A stretch of 32,000 nucleotides of DNA from an uncultured Methanobacteriaceae archaeon (GTDB lineage: Archaea > Methanobacteriota > Methanobacteria > Methanobacteriales > Methanobacteriaceae). The translations under genes were made by a program, and so were the position numbers. Location of the stretch: contig CADBRM010000049.1 of assembly GCA_902797085.1 (NCBI GenBank), positions 2,950-34,949 on the forward strand. The letters are read 5' to 3'. Under the pieces are notes generated by a model, which ran no database searches, was not told where the DNA came from, and was given only the letters and a program-made list of their open reading frames with translations. Shown here in pieces: positions 15,901-24,634 of the stretch. Every line of letters begins with the position of its first letter. Positions within the stretch are counted from its first letter, which is position 1.

Positions 15901-16317
15901 ATGTTGGATTTGTTTCCGGAAGATAATATTAAAAAATGGAGATTGTTTATCTCTTTTCCAAAGGCATGTGATGATTATAACACGTTTATAACACGATTGG
16001 AATCGGCTACTGAAGCGTTCAAATGGGAAGATATAACTGATATTTCAGAAAACGGGTTTGCTGAGGCGATTGCAGACTGTGATGCCCTGATAGTTCTATC
16101 CGGCCTATGGGATGAAAATAAGGATTTAATTAATGAACATATCAGATATGCTCAAACATTTGATAAAGCAATAATCATCATCAGACCTTATGGTGCAGAG
16201 GAAATTCCTGAGCAATTGCAGGATGTAGCAACCAAAGTTGTTGGTTGGAATACTGCATGCATAGTTGATGCTATTTTATTAAGTATTAATGGGGATGATT
16301 ATGAGTTTTTAATGTAA
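15901..16317 (+). CDS. TIR-like domain protein (MTH538/DUF1863, ThsB-like fold), 138 aa
   Basis: The N-terminal strand RLFISFPKACDDY is FISY-x-x-x-D-like. It is followed by CDALIVLSGLWDENKDLINEHIRYAQTFDKAIIIIRP, which fits v-vlig...s-W-x-x-E-i-x-x-A...gk-piigv. I moved the start to ATG 15901, with GGAGG at 15886-15890; the track start at 15892 is TTG. This is pattern recognition only. Confidence 0.45.
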   Translation: MLDLFPEDNIKKWRLFISFPKACDDYNTFITRLESATEAFKWEDITDISENGFAEAIADCDALIVLSGLWDENKDLINEHIRYAQTFDKAIIIIRPYGAEEIPEQLQDVATKVVGWNTACIVDAILLSINGDDYEFLM

Positions 16318-16344
16318 CCCATAATCTTATTTTTTGATAAAATA

Positions 16345-17109
16345 CTATTTAAAAAAAGAATCTAATGTTGATACATCTTCTTTAATCAGAGTTAATGGAG
16401 CTTCCATAGGTATAAATTCCATTTGTAATGATTCTAATTCTTCCATTGCATTGATTGTAATGTCTGGGGCAACAATTATGCCTCTAACAAATTCAGCATT
16501 ATCACTGAAACAGTCAACATATCTTTTCAATTGTTTCACGGCATTCATGCCTGCTTTTCTACTTTTAAATTCAAGTATCATTAATCTTTCATCAGCATCA
16601 GTTCCCATCAAATCAATGAATCCATTTTCAGTTTGATATTCACGGCGGGTGGGTCTGAAACCTTTTTCGATTATTTCAGGTTTTTCCCAAGCAAGATCGA
16701 CCATGTGTTTTTCGTATCCTCTAATTTCTAAATCTTTGGTGTCTAGACAATTATAGTAAGTAACATCGTAGATTTCGTCTAAAAATACTTTTATTTCTTC
16801 GGTAGGTTTCATTTTTTTACTAGTTAATATTACTCCATCTTCATCTAAAGATACTTTATTTTTACATCCTGGTGCTTGCCAGTTAACGGGATCTAAATTT
16901 AATTCTTGATGAATTGCAAAGGTACCATCCTTTTTGATTAGTATCAGTCTATCTCCACTTTCTAAGATACTTCGGGCACGTCCTTCATATTCAACATGAC
17001 ATTTTGCCAGTATTATTATCATGGATTTTTTATCAAAACCTTCTTGAATAACATCATATGCTTCTTTATTTGTTGGATTTTCTATGCTTTTGAATTTAAT
17101 TAGAATCAC
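16345..17109 (-). CDS. nucS: Endonuclease NucS/EndoMS (mismatch-specific RecB-like nuclease)
   Basis: The N-terminal domain AKCHVEYEGRARSILESGDRLILIKKDGTFAIHQ..DPVNWQAPG matches P. abyssi NucS (ARCRVYYEGRA..GDRVIIIKPDGSFLIHQ..PVNWQPPG). The C-terminal nuclease motif is FIDLMGTD..LMILEFKSRKA. The start is GTG at 17109. Confidence 0.85.
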   Translation of the reverse strand: MILIKFKSIENPTNKEAYDVIQEGFDKKSMIIILAKCHVEYEGRARSILESGDRLILIKKDGTFAIHQELNLDPVNWQAPGCKNKVSLDEDGVILTSKKMKPTEEIKVFLDEIYDVTYYNCLDTKDLEIRGYEKHMVDLAWEKPEIIEKGFRPTRREYQTENGFIDLMGTDADERLMILEFKSRKAGMNAVKQLKRYVDCFSDNAEFVRGIIVAPDITINAMEELESLQMEFIPMEAPLTLIKEDVSTLDSFFK

Positions 17110-17232
17110 TTCTTAACTTGTTAATATTATTATTTTGTAATTAAAGTATTTAATTAATTTTGGATATATTATATAATAATAATATTTTTTTTAGATTAAA
17201 TAATAATTTAATTTAAAGTTATAGGTGGTTTA

Positions 17233-17757
17233 ATGAATTTATTAAGCATTTTGAAAAAATTTAGTATAATTATTGTAGCAGTTTTGGCTTACTTTTTATC
17301 AAGAATGGGTGTTGGTTATCTGGTAATATTGGCGGCCATTGGTTTGTTTATGCCTTTTTTAACTAACAGTAAAAAAGGAGCAGTATTTACCGGAATTTTA
17401 TATGCAACAATAGGTTACTTAATCAGTTACCCTTCGGGTTTGTTCTTAATTAATTACATGCCTTCAATAGAAATACCAATATCTGTTAGTCAAACTACTG
17501 TAGCAACGGATTTGTTTATCGGATGGTTAATTCCAGTATTGATAGCAATTATTATATGTGGATTATTCTCCATAATAGGATATGCTATTTCAAAAAGATT
17601 ATATGGTAAAAATAATTCTTCAAAATCAGATTATCATACTTTTGAGGAAGATATCTATGTTGAAAAAGATGAATTTGATGAAGATGTGGATTTAATAAAT
17701 TTGTCACCTATACAAAGAATGAAAAATAAATATAAAGAAAATGATGATGATTGGTGA
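17233..17757 (+). CDS. Hypothetical membrane protein (4 TM) with an acidic C-terminal tail
   Basis: AGGTGG SD lies 5 nt upstream. There are four hydrophobic segments, then YHTFEEDIYVEKDEFDEDVDLINL..ENDDDW. I recognise no family. Confidence 0.55.
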   Translation: MNLLSILKKFSIIIVAVLAYFLSRMGVGYLVILAAIGLFMPFLTNSKKGAVFTGILYATIGYLISYPSGLFLINYMPSIEIPISVSQTTVATDLFIGWLIPVLIAIIICGLFSIIGYAISKRLYGKNNSSKSDYHTFEEDIYVEKDEFDEDVDLINLSPIQRMKNKYKENDDDW

Positions 17758-17758
17758 T

Positions 17759-18976
17759 ATGATGAAAAACGTAATTGTTGTGGGTGCCGGTAGTGGAGGA
17801 TTAAGTGTAGCAAGAGAATTGTCCCAAAAACCTGATTTAAATATCACTATTCTGGAGAAGGGTCCTTTATCAAGTCCTCGTGAAGCATATAAGTATTATG
17901 ATGTATGGGATAAAAATGAGATGGAATTGATAAAAACGGATGTTGTAGGAGGTTCTTCGTTGGTTATTGCAGGTAATTTTGTACCTGCTCTGGTTGACGA
18001 ATTGAAAGAATTGGGTGTTGATATCAGACCTCAACTGGAACAACTAAAAGAAGATATAGGTATAGATGTCATGCCTGAAACACATTCTGGACGTATAAAT
18101 GATTTACTAAGGGATGCAGCTGCAGAACTGGGATTGGATATGCAGGCCATGCCTAAGGGGATAAACCCTTCTAAATGTAAGCAATGCGGTAAATGTGCAT
18201 GGGGATGTCCTCATGGAGCAAAATGGAGTAGTTTGTCTGATTTGGAAGTAGCTCAAGAAAATGGTGTGGAATTAATAACCAATGAAGCGGTAACAGGATT
18301 GATTGTGGAAGATAATAAAATAAAAGGTGTTAAAACTAGTCTGGGTAATCAGTATTCTGCCGATGTAGTGATATTGGCTGCAGGAGGTATGGTGACACCT
18401 AAATTATTGAGAACTGTCGGAATTAGGGCGGGTGAAACATTCGCTGTGGATCCATTCATAACTGTTGGTGGGTATTATAAGGGAGCAAAACAGGATAATG
18501 AAATTCAAATGAATAAATATATTAAATTGCCTCACATAGTTATTTCATCACATACAAGTCAATATTTGCTACCTAAAATACAAGAAACACATCCTGATGC
18601 AACTGTGGATGATATAATTAGTTTCATGGTAAAAGTGCCTGATAATTTAAAGGGACACGTATATCTAAATGAGGTGGTGAAGGGAATTGACTTTGAAGAC
18701 GCATCTTTACTTGCAAGAGGTGCTGCAATAGCTGGTAGCATATTGGTAAAAGCAGGTGCTGATATCGAAAGTATATCTTCAACACATGTAAGGGGTGCAC
18801 ATTTAATTGCATCTGCCCGAATAGGAGATATTGTTGATAGTAATTTAGAAACAGAAATAGAAAATTTATATGTTGCTGATGGCAGTGTACTTCCTAAAGC
18901 ACCAGGTTTACCACCAATATATACAATCTTGGCGTTATCTAGAAGATTGGGTCAATATTTAAGAGATAATCTTTAA
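17759..18976 (+). CDS. FAD-dependent oxidoreductase, GMC-like short form
   Basis: Rossmann motif VIVVGAGSGGLSVARELS, internal CKQCGKCAWGCPHGAKWSS as seen in some GMC flavoproteins, and the C-terminal GMC_C-like LYVADGSVLPKAPG. I set the start at ATG 17759/17762, just after the upstream stop at 17757. Confidence 0.7.
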   Translation: MMKNVIVVGAGSGGLSVARELSQKPDLNITILEKGPLSSPREAYKYYDVWDKNEMELIKTDVVGGSSLVIAGNFVPALVDELKELGVDIRPQLEQLKEDIGIDVMPETHSGRINDLLRDAAAELGLDMQAMPKGINPSKCKQCGKCAWGCPHGAKWSSLSDLEVAQENGVELITNEAVTGLIVEDNKIKGVKTSLGNQYSADVVILAAGGMVTPKLLRTVGIRAGETFAVDPFITVGGYYKGAKQDNEIQMNKYIKLPHIVISSHTSQYLLPKIQETHPDATVDDIISFMVKVPDNLKGHVYLNEVVKGIDFEDASLLARGAAIAGSILVKAGADIESISSTHVRGAHLIASARIGDIVDSNLETEIENLYVADGSVLPKAPGLPPIYTILALSRRLGQYLRDNL

Positions 18977-18989
18977 ATTATCTCCATAA

Positions 18990-19238
18990 CTATTTTTTAA
19001 TGTGTGCTGTGATGATGGTGAAACTGGATGAGTTGATTGTAACTTCTTCATCACCCAAAGTTAAGTAGTAATTTTTACCACTTTTTATTACACGGCTGTT
19101 TTCATCTTTAAGGATATTAATACAATAATCTACAACATCTTCACAGTTTAATTCAAGATTCCTTTTAATTCTTTGAATACCCAGTTCAGTGGTATGGATT
19201 TGTTCAATATTTTTCATTAATTCTTTTTTATTATTCAT
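18990..19238 (-). CDS. DUF3781 family protein (82 aa)
   Basis: IHTTELGIQRIKRNL..DVVDYC..SGKNYY..VTINSSSFTIITAH matches the DUF3781 pattern as I recall it (HTTELG-x-x-RIKRNL ... GKNWY ... ITVNA-x-SYTIITAH). As I recall, the family is mostly bacterial. Confidence 0.65.
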   Translation of the reverse strand: MNNKKELMKNIEQIHTTELGIQRIKRNLELNCEDVVDYCINILKDENSRVIKSGKNYYLTLGDEEVTINSSSFTIITAHIKK

Positions 19239-19265
19239 ATTTTCACGTAAAAATATTTGAATGGA

Positions 19266-20417
19266 TTATTCATCTATTCTTTCTATGGTTTCAGATATTT
19301 CTTCTAAAATATCCTTTTGTTTAATGTCTTCAACAATTTTTTTAACCAATTCCAAATCGGCGTGAGTTTCAGGATATCTTGGAACAGCACTACATCCTCC
19401 ATCAGGGATAATGGAAACTTCATATGTTCCAATTTCTTTGGCAATTTGTTCAATCTCTATTTTGTCAAAACATATTAATGGGCTAAATATTGGCATCCTG
19501 CAATGATATCTGGTTGCTTCAATATTGTTTAACGTTTGTGAAGCTACCTGTCCAATACTACTTCCATCAACTATTGCATTTGCACCCTCTTTTTTAGCAA
19601 GTATTGCTGCTGATTGATACATTCCACTTTTGCATAGTACGCATGTCATTCGTGGTGGGGCTTCATTTTGTGCGTGCTCTAAATATCTGCCAAATTTTAT
19701 TGAATATACTTTGACTTCTTCACCTAAGGAATATCTTCTTAAATTATCTGCATTTTGAATTACTTTTTCTACAGATCCCTCGGTAAATGGATAGTTATCG
19801 CAGTGTAGTAAGGTTATGGAACATCCTCTTTTAAGCATTTGAAAAGCTGCTACGGGTGAATCTATTCCTCCTGAGATTAAACAGATAACTCTTCCCTGAC
19901 TACCTACAGGTAAGCCTCCTAATCCTTTAATTTTTTCAAAGTATATGTATGTTTTTTCGTTACGAACTTCTATAAATAATGTGAAATCAGGATTGGATAA
20001 GTTCACTTTGGCATTTGTTGAGTTTATTACGACTGATCCGGCATATGCTGCCATTTCTTGACTACTGAAGTCATGAATACCTACTCTTCTGCATCTGGCA
20101 GCAAAGCTATCGGTTTTTGGGTTAAATTTACCTGATTCTATGAGGTAAGGTATGTGTTCATTAATCAGTTCGGCAATTTTTTCTCGATCTGTTTCGGTTT
20201 CATATACTGGACTATAGGATACTATTCCAAAGGTCCTACTTAAAACATCTCTGACTTTTTCATCTTGTTCATTAGAAATTAAGGTTATTCTTCCCTGATC
20301 ATTTTCGAAATCACAGTCTAATTCTGATTGGATGTTGGACATTAATTTATTTTCAAATTTTCTTCTAATTTTTGGGCTTTTAACACCTATCTCTCCATAT
20401 CTTATAAAATACTTCAT
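19266..20417 (-). CDS. thiI: tRNA 4-thiouridine(8) synthase ThiI, archaeal rhodanese-less form
   Basis: N-terminal ferredoxin-like/THUMP region (MKYFIRYGEIGVKS), PP-loop LISGGIDSPVAAF, and conserved Cys motifs TCVLCK and DGGCSAVP. At 383 aa it has no C-terminal rhodanese domain. Confidence 0.85.
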   Translation of the reverse strand: MKYFIRYGEIGVKSPKIRRKFENKLMSNIQSELDCDFENDQGRITLISNEQDEKVRDVLSRTFGIVSYSPVYETETDREKIAELINEHIPYLIESGKFNPKTDSFAARCRRVGIHDFSSQEMAAYAGSVVINSTNAKVNLSNPDFTLFIEVRNEKTYIYFEKIKGLGGLPVGSQGRVICLISGGIDSPVAAFQMLKRGCSITLLHCDNYPFTEGSVEKVIQNADNLRRYSLGEEVKVYSIKFGRYLEHAQNEAPPRMTCVLCKSGMYQSAAILAKKEGANAIVDGSSIGQVASQTLNNIEATRYHCRMPIFSPLICFDKIEIEQIAKEIGTYEVSIIPDGGCSAVPRYPETHADLELVKKIVEDIKQKDILEEISETIERIDE

Positions 20418-20428
20418 TTAACTTCCTC

Positions 20429-21571
20429 TTATAATCTTGTAATCATATTTGCTAAGTTTTCTAGGTTTTTAATTTCGTATACTTGTGCTCCGGCACTTTG
20501 ATAATCATGAACACAACTTGTGGGTGTACTCCATCTTACCATAGGTTCCGGATTAAAAATTAAAACTTTGGAACTTTTTGTAGCTATTTCTCTTAGGATG
20601 GATGCGCTTTCAAGTATTCCCTCTTCTCTTTTTCCTCTCCAATCTCGACAATCACTTAGTATTATCACAGTAGTTCTGTGATTTAGGTGGGCTGTGTTTA
20701 GAAATTCTTTGAAAGGTTTGGCCATGTCTGATTGTCCATGAATCATGCCCCTTTTGATTTTTTGTAGCATAACTGCTTCATAGGAAAGTTCATATGATTC
20801 GGTATTTAATGCTGCTGTTGTTTCTATTAATTTGTTGTCAAATTCGTAGCAGGATATTTTATCGAAGGATTTTTGACAACCGTAGATTATTGAAAAGAAC
20901 CAGTTACTAATCCAGTCACATGATCCACTTACATCGCTTAGAAAGATATGTTTTGTTTTATTTGTTTTAGGTTTTGAATATTCTAAATTTATTAATTTCC
21001 CACCGTTTTTTAGATTTGTTCTTATGGTTCTTGGCATATTGATATTATTGGAATGTAATCTTCTTTGTCTTCTTGACCTTGAATTAGCTATTTTTTTGCC
21101 TAATTTTCTGCATAAATCTACAATACGCTGATCAAAAGAATTTAAGTGACCAATGTCTGTTCGTAATAAATCTTTTTCATGGATTTTCTTTGGTTGTAAT
21201 AATTCTTGATTGAAATCGGGGGATATCATTTGTTCTATTGCTAATTCACTGTCTTGTGAATTTGGTAATCCCATGATATCTTCACGTTCTATGACGGGGT
21301 CATCATTGGAGTCATCATATGGTTCATGTGTTTGGTGTTGTGTTGTCTCATCGGAATTGTCGAATATGTACTCGAATACTTCATCGAATTTTTTTGTATC
21401 ATGTTGATCTTTAATATAAACACTTTGTAATGCGTTTTTCATGTCTTCTATTTTTGTAGAGTCTTTCATTAAATCCCATACATTACATGCAGTTTCGGTA
21501 CTTCGTACACTTACGGGTATACCTTCCTCTCTCAGCTGATTAGATAATGCGACAATTCTTTTATTAACCAT
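20429..21571 (-). CDS. VWA domain protein, CoxE-like
   Basis: The CoxE-type N-terminus is ALSNQLREEGIPVSVRSTETACNVW..KKFDEVFEYIF. An acidic linker follows, then a VWA domain with MIDAS FLSDVSGSC and VIILSDCRDW. Confidence 0.7.
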   Translation of the reverse strand: MVNKRIVALSNQLREEGIPVSVRSTETACNVWDLMKDSTKIEDMKNALQSVYIKDQHDTKKFDEVFEYIFDNSDETTQHQTHEPYDDSNDDPVIEREDIMGLPNSQDSELAIEQMISPDFNQELLQPKKIHEKDLLRTDIGHLNSFDQRIVDLCRKLGKKIANSRSRRQRRLHSNNINMPRTIRTNLKNGGKLINLEYSKPKTNKTKHIFLSDVSGSCDWISNWFFSIIYGCQKSFDKISCYEFDNKLIETTAALNTESYELSYEAVMLQKIKRGMIHGQSDMAKPFKEFLNTAHLNHRTTVIILSDCRDWRGKREEGILESASILREIATKSSKVLIFNPEPMVRWSTPTSCVHDYQSAGAQVYEIKNLENLANMITRL

Positions 21572-21766
21572 ATTATACTCTCCTGTGAATATCTATTTAT
21601 ATTATATATGATGTTAATAATATTTTTATCCTACTTTAACAATGTTATATTTCCTTTATTGTTTGTTCTAAAATTAAGTAAAAAATTATAAATGATGATT
21701 TAAAAATATAGTATCATATTTACTTGATTAAGCACATTAAATTAATATTTTTTTAAAGGTTTTTAT

Positions 21767-23128
21767 ATGAAACGAGTAGTATTATCTGGAACAGGTAGTG
21801 GGGTAGGAAAAACAACCATCTCTACTGGAATAATGAAAGCATTATCAAAAAAACACAAAATTCAATCTTTTAAAGTAGGACCTGATTATATAGATCCATC
21901 TTATCATAAATGTGCTACGGGATTTGATGCACGTAATTTAGACTCTTTTTTCATGTCTGAAGGACAAATTAGACAATCCTTCAAACAGGGTATGAATAAA
22001 ATCAATGCAGATTATGGTGTTATAGAGGGAGTTAGAGGGTTATATGAAGGAATTAGTCCAGTTACTGATGTTGGAACAACTTCTTCAATAGCAAAAGCTC
22101 TTCATGCACCTGTTATTTTAATTATCAATAGTAGAAGCTTGGTAAGAAGTGCAGCTGCAATGACTTTAGGTTTTAAAGCATTAGATAAGGATATAAACAT
22201 TCAAGGAGTTATCTTAAACAATGTCAAAAGTCAAAAACATTATTTAAAAACTAAGGAAGCAGTAGAAACTTTGGCAAATACTCCTGTTATCGGAGGAATT
22301 GTACGGGACAAATCTATAACTATGGAACAAAGACATTTGGGTCTCATTCCGGCAGTAGAAGAAGAACGTATTAAAGGTTTAATTGAAAAATGGGGCGAAT
22401 TAATAGAGGATAATATTGACTTGGACATGTTAATTGAAATAATGGATAATTCAAATCATATTGAGGGTGCTTGTGAACATATATGGTCTGAAACAAAAAG
22501 CACTGAAAAAACAAGAATAGGAATTCCATTTGACGAAGCATTTAACTTTTATTATAAGGAAAATTTTGAAGCATTGGAATACAATAATGCAGAACTGGTA
22601 TTTTTTAGTCCAATTCATGATGATGAAATACCTGATGTGGATGCGTTATATATTGGGGGAGGATACCCTGAAATATTTAAGAAAGAGTTATCTTCTAACG
22701 CTTCAATGTTAAATTCAATCAAATATTTTTCTGAAAATAATAAGCCTATATATGCCGAATGCGGGGGTTTGATGTATTTAACAAAATCTATTGACGATTT
22801 GCCAATGGTTGATGTTTTCCCTTACGAATCCATGTTAACTAAGAAAGTACAGGGATTAAGCTATACTATCGCTGAGGTAATACAGGACAATCCTATCCTT
22901 AAGAAAGGTTCAACATATCATGGTCATGAATTCCATTATTCTAAAGTGGAATACACAGGTTCCGATAAAAACGATTTCGCTTTTAAAATGAAGAGGGGTG
23001 TTGGAATAACAGGTGAATATGATGGATTAATGAAAAACAATACGGTTGCAAGTTATATTCATACTCATACTGCATGTTTACCTGATTTTGCGTATAACTT
23101 TACTCAGTCAGCTATTGAAAATAAATAA
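21767..23128 (+). CDS. cbiA: Cobyrinate / Ni-sirohydrochlorin a,c-diamide synthase (CbiA/CfbB family)
   Basis: N-terminal P-loop [16 protein letters not shown] and C-terminal GATase-1 nucleophile [10 protein letters not shown] plus HGHEFHYS. I cannot distinguish the corrinoid (CbiA) paralog from the F430 (CfbB) paralog by eye. Confidence 0.85.
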   Translation: MKRVVLSGTGSGVGKTTISTGIMKALSKKHKIQSFKVGPDYIDPSYHKCATGFDARNLDSFFMSEGQIRQSFKQGMNKINADYGVIEGVRGLYEGISPVTDVGTTSSIAKALHAPVILIINSRSLVRSAAAMTLGFKALDKDINIQGVILNNVKSQKHYLKTKEAVETLANTPVIGGIVRDKSITMEQRHLGLIPAVEEERIKGLIEKWGELIEDNIDLDMLIEIMDNSNHIEGACEHIWSETKSTEKTRIGIPFDEAFNFYYKENFEALEYNNAELVFFSPIHDDEIPDVDALYIGGGYPEIFKKELSSNASMLNSIKYFSENNKPIYAECGGLMYLTKSIDDLPMVDVFPYESMLTKKVQGLSYTIAEVIQDNPILKKGSTYHGHEFHYSKVEYTGSDKNDFAFKMKRGVGITGEYDGLMKNNTVASYIHTHTACLPDFAYNFTQSAIENK

Positions 23129-23145
23129 GATATTGATGTGAAAAT

Positions 23146-23976
23146 ATGGTAGTTAAAATAGGAATATTAAAAATAGGGAACATCGGTACTTCAGCTATAA
23201 TTGATTTAATATTGGATGAACGTGCTGATCGTGAAGATATTGATGTAAGGACATTGAGTTCTGGAGCTAAGATGGGTAAAAAACAAATAGAAGATATATT
23301 GCCAAAAATATACGAGTTTGATCCCGATTTGTTAATTTTTATAAGTCCCAATCCTAATGCCAAACAGCCTAGGATAGCAAGGGAATTTTTTACTAAAACA
23401 GATATCCCCACTATAATCATTGGTGACCAGCCCGGTGAAAAAGCTATAAATAAAATGAAAGAACAGAATTTGGGTTATATTCTAATACGTGCTGATGCGA
23501 TGATCGGTGCTAGAAGGGAATTCCTGGATCCAACAGAAATGGCTTTATTCAATGCGGATGTATTAAAAGTTTTATCAATAACAGGAACTTTAAGGTTGGT
23601 AAATCATGCTATTGATGTATTGATACAACAAATAGTGGATGAAGAGGTCTTGGAATTGCCTGAATTGGTTGTTACTGCAGAGCTTGCAGTATTCAATGCA
23701 GGATTTAAGAATCCGTATGCAATGGGTAAAGCGATTGCGGCATATAATATGGCTGCATTGGTTTCAGAAATGAATATTGATGCTTGTTTTAAAATAGATG
23801 AACCTGATATTTATATACCTATGGTTACGGCATCTCACGAATTAATGTCTGCAGCAGCTAAATTGGCAGATGAGGCAAGAGAAATAGAAAAATCCAATGA
23901 TAGTGTATTGAGAACGCCTCACGCTAAAGACGGTTCTGTTTGGGTAAGACAATCATTGATTGACACTTACAAATAG
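23146..23976 (+). CDS. mtd: F420-dependent methylenetetrahydromethanopterin dehydrogenase
   Basis: MVVKIGILKIGNIGTS..LDERADRE..IFISPNP..GARREFLDPTEMA..LRTPHAKDG is near-collinear with Methanothermobacter Mtd (MVVKIGIIKCGNIGTS..GARREFLDPTEMA..LRTPHGKEG). Confidence 0.92.
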   Translation: MVVKIGILKIGNIGTSAIIDLILDERADREDIDVRTLSSGAKMGKKQIEDILPKIYEFDPDLLIFISPNPNAKQPRIAREFFTKTDIPTIIIGDQPGEKAINKMKEQNLGYILIRADAMIGARREFLDPTEMALFNADVLKVLSITGTLRLVNHAIDVLIQQIVDEEVLELPELVVTAELAVFNAGFKNPYAMGKAIAAYNMAALVSEMNIDACFKIDEPDIYIPMVTASHELMSAAAKLADEAREIEKSNDSVLRTPHAKDGSVWVRQSLIDTYK

Positions 23977-23982
23977 TATTTC

Positions 23983-24003
23983 TTTTTTTTTTTTTAAAAA
24001 AAA
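23983..24003. terminator. Bidirectional oligo-T terminator (T13 followed by A8) between convergent mtd and hisB
   Basis: The T-run at 23983-23995 serves the plus strand. The A-run at 23996-24003 reads as T8 on the minus strand and serves hisB. Confidence 0.6.
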
Positions 24004-24026
24004 TGAGTAATGGGGTGTTATTTTTA

Positions 24027-24611
24027 TCATAATTTACCCTTAGTACTTAAAATTTGGTCATGAGTAATTTTTGTTGCTTTGTTTAATGAACGACCCAGTG
24101 CTTTAAATATTGCTTCACATATGTGATGATCATTTTCACCTTCTGCTTTGATGTTTAAATTAATTAAACCGGTATTTGCAAATGATTCCATGAAATGTTT
24201 TACATTTTCAGAGTTAATATCGCCTATTTTTTGATATTTGAAGTTGGTATTGAAAACGGTATAGTTTCGACCACTGATGTCTACTGCAACTTGTGCTAAT
24301 GACTCGTCCATAGGAACAACACTGAAGCCCATTCTATCAATGCCCTTCTTATCTCCAAGTGCTTCTTTGAAACATTCCCCAAGAAGTAAGGCAGTATCTT
24401 CTACAGTATGATGATCATCAACTTCAATATCGCCTACTGCTTTAACTTTCAAATCAAAAAATCCATGACGACTAAATGAGTCGAGCATATGGTCAAAAAA
24501 TTTGAGACCTGTGTCTATGGAACTGTTTCCGTTTCCGTCAATATTTAATTCAATTTCTATGTCTGTTTCCTTAGTTTTTCTTGTTAATTTAACTATTCTA
24601 TTTTCAACCAT
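24027..24611 (-). CDS. hisB: Imidazoleglycerol-phosphate dehydratase
   Basis: [49 protein letters not shown] and [17 protein letters not shown] are canonical IGPD motifs. Confidence 0.92.
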   Translation of the reverse strand: MVENRIVKLTRKTKETDIEIELNIDGNGNSSIDTGLKFFDHMLDSFSRHGFFDLKVKAVGDIEVDDHHTVEDTALLLGECFKEALGDKKGIDRMGFSVVPMDESLAQVAVDISGRNYTVFNTNFKYQKIGDINSENVKHFMESFANTGLINLNIKAEGENDHHICEAIFKALGRSLNKATKITHDQILSTKGKL

Positions 24612-24634
24612 TTAAACACCCTTTGTTAATAAGT

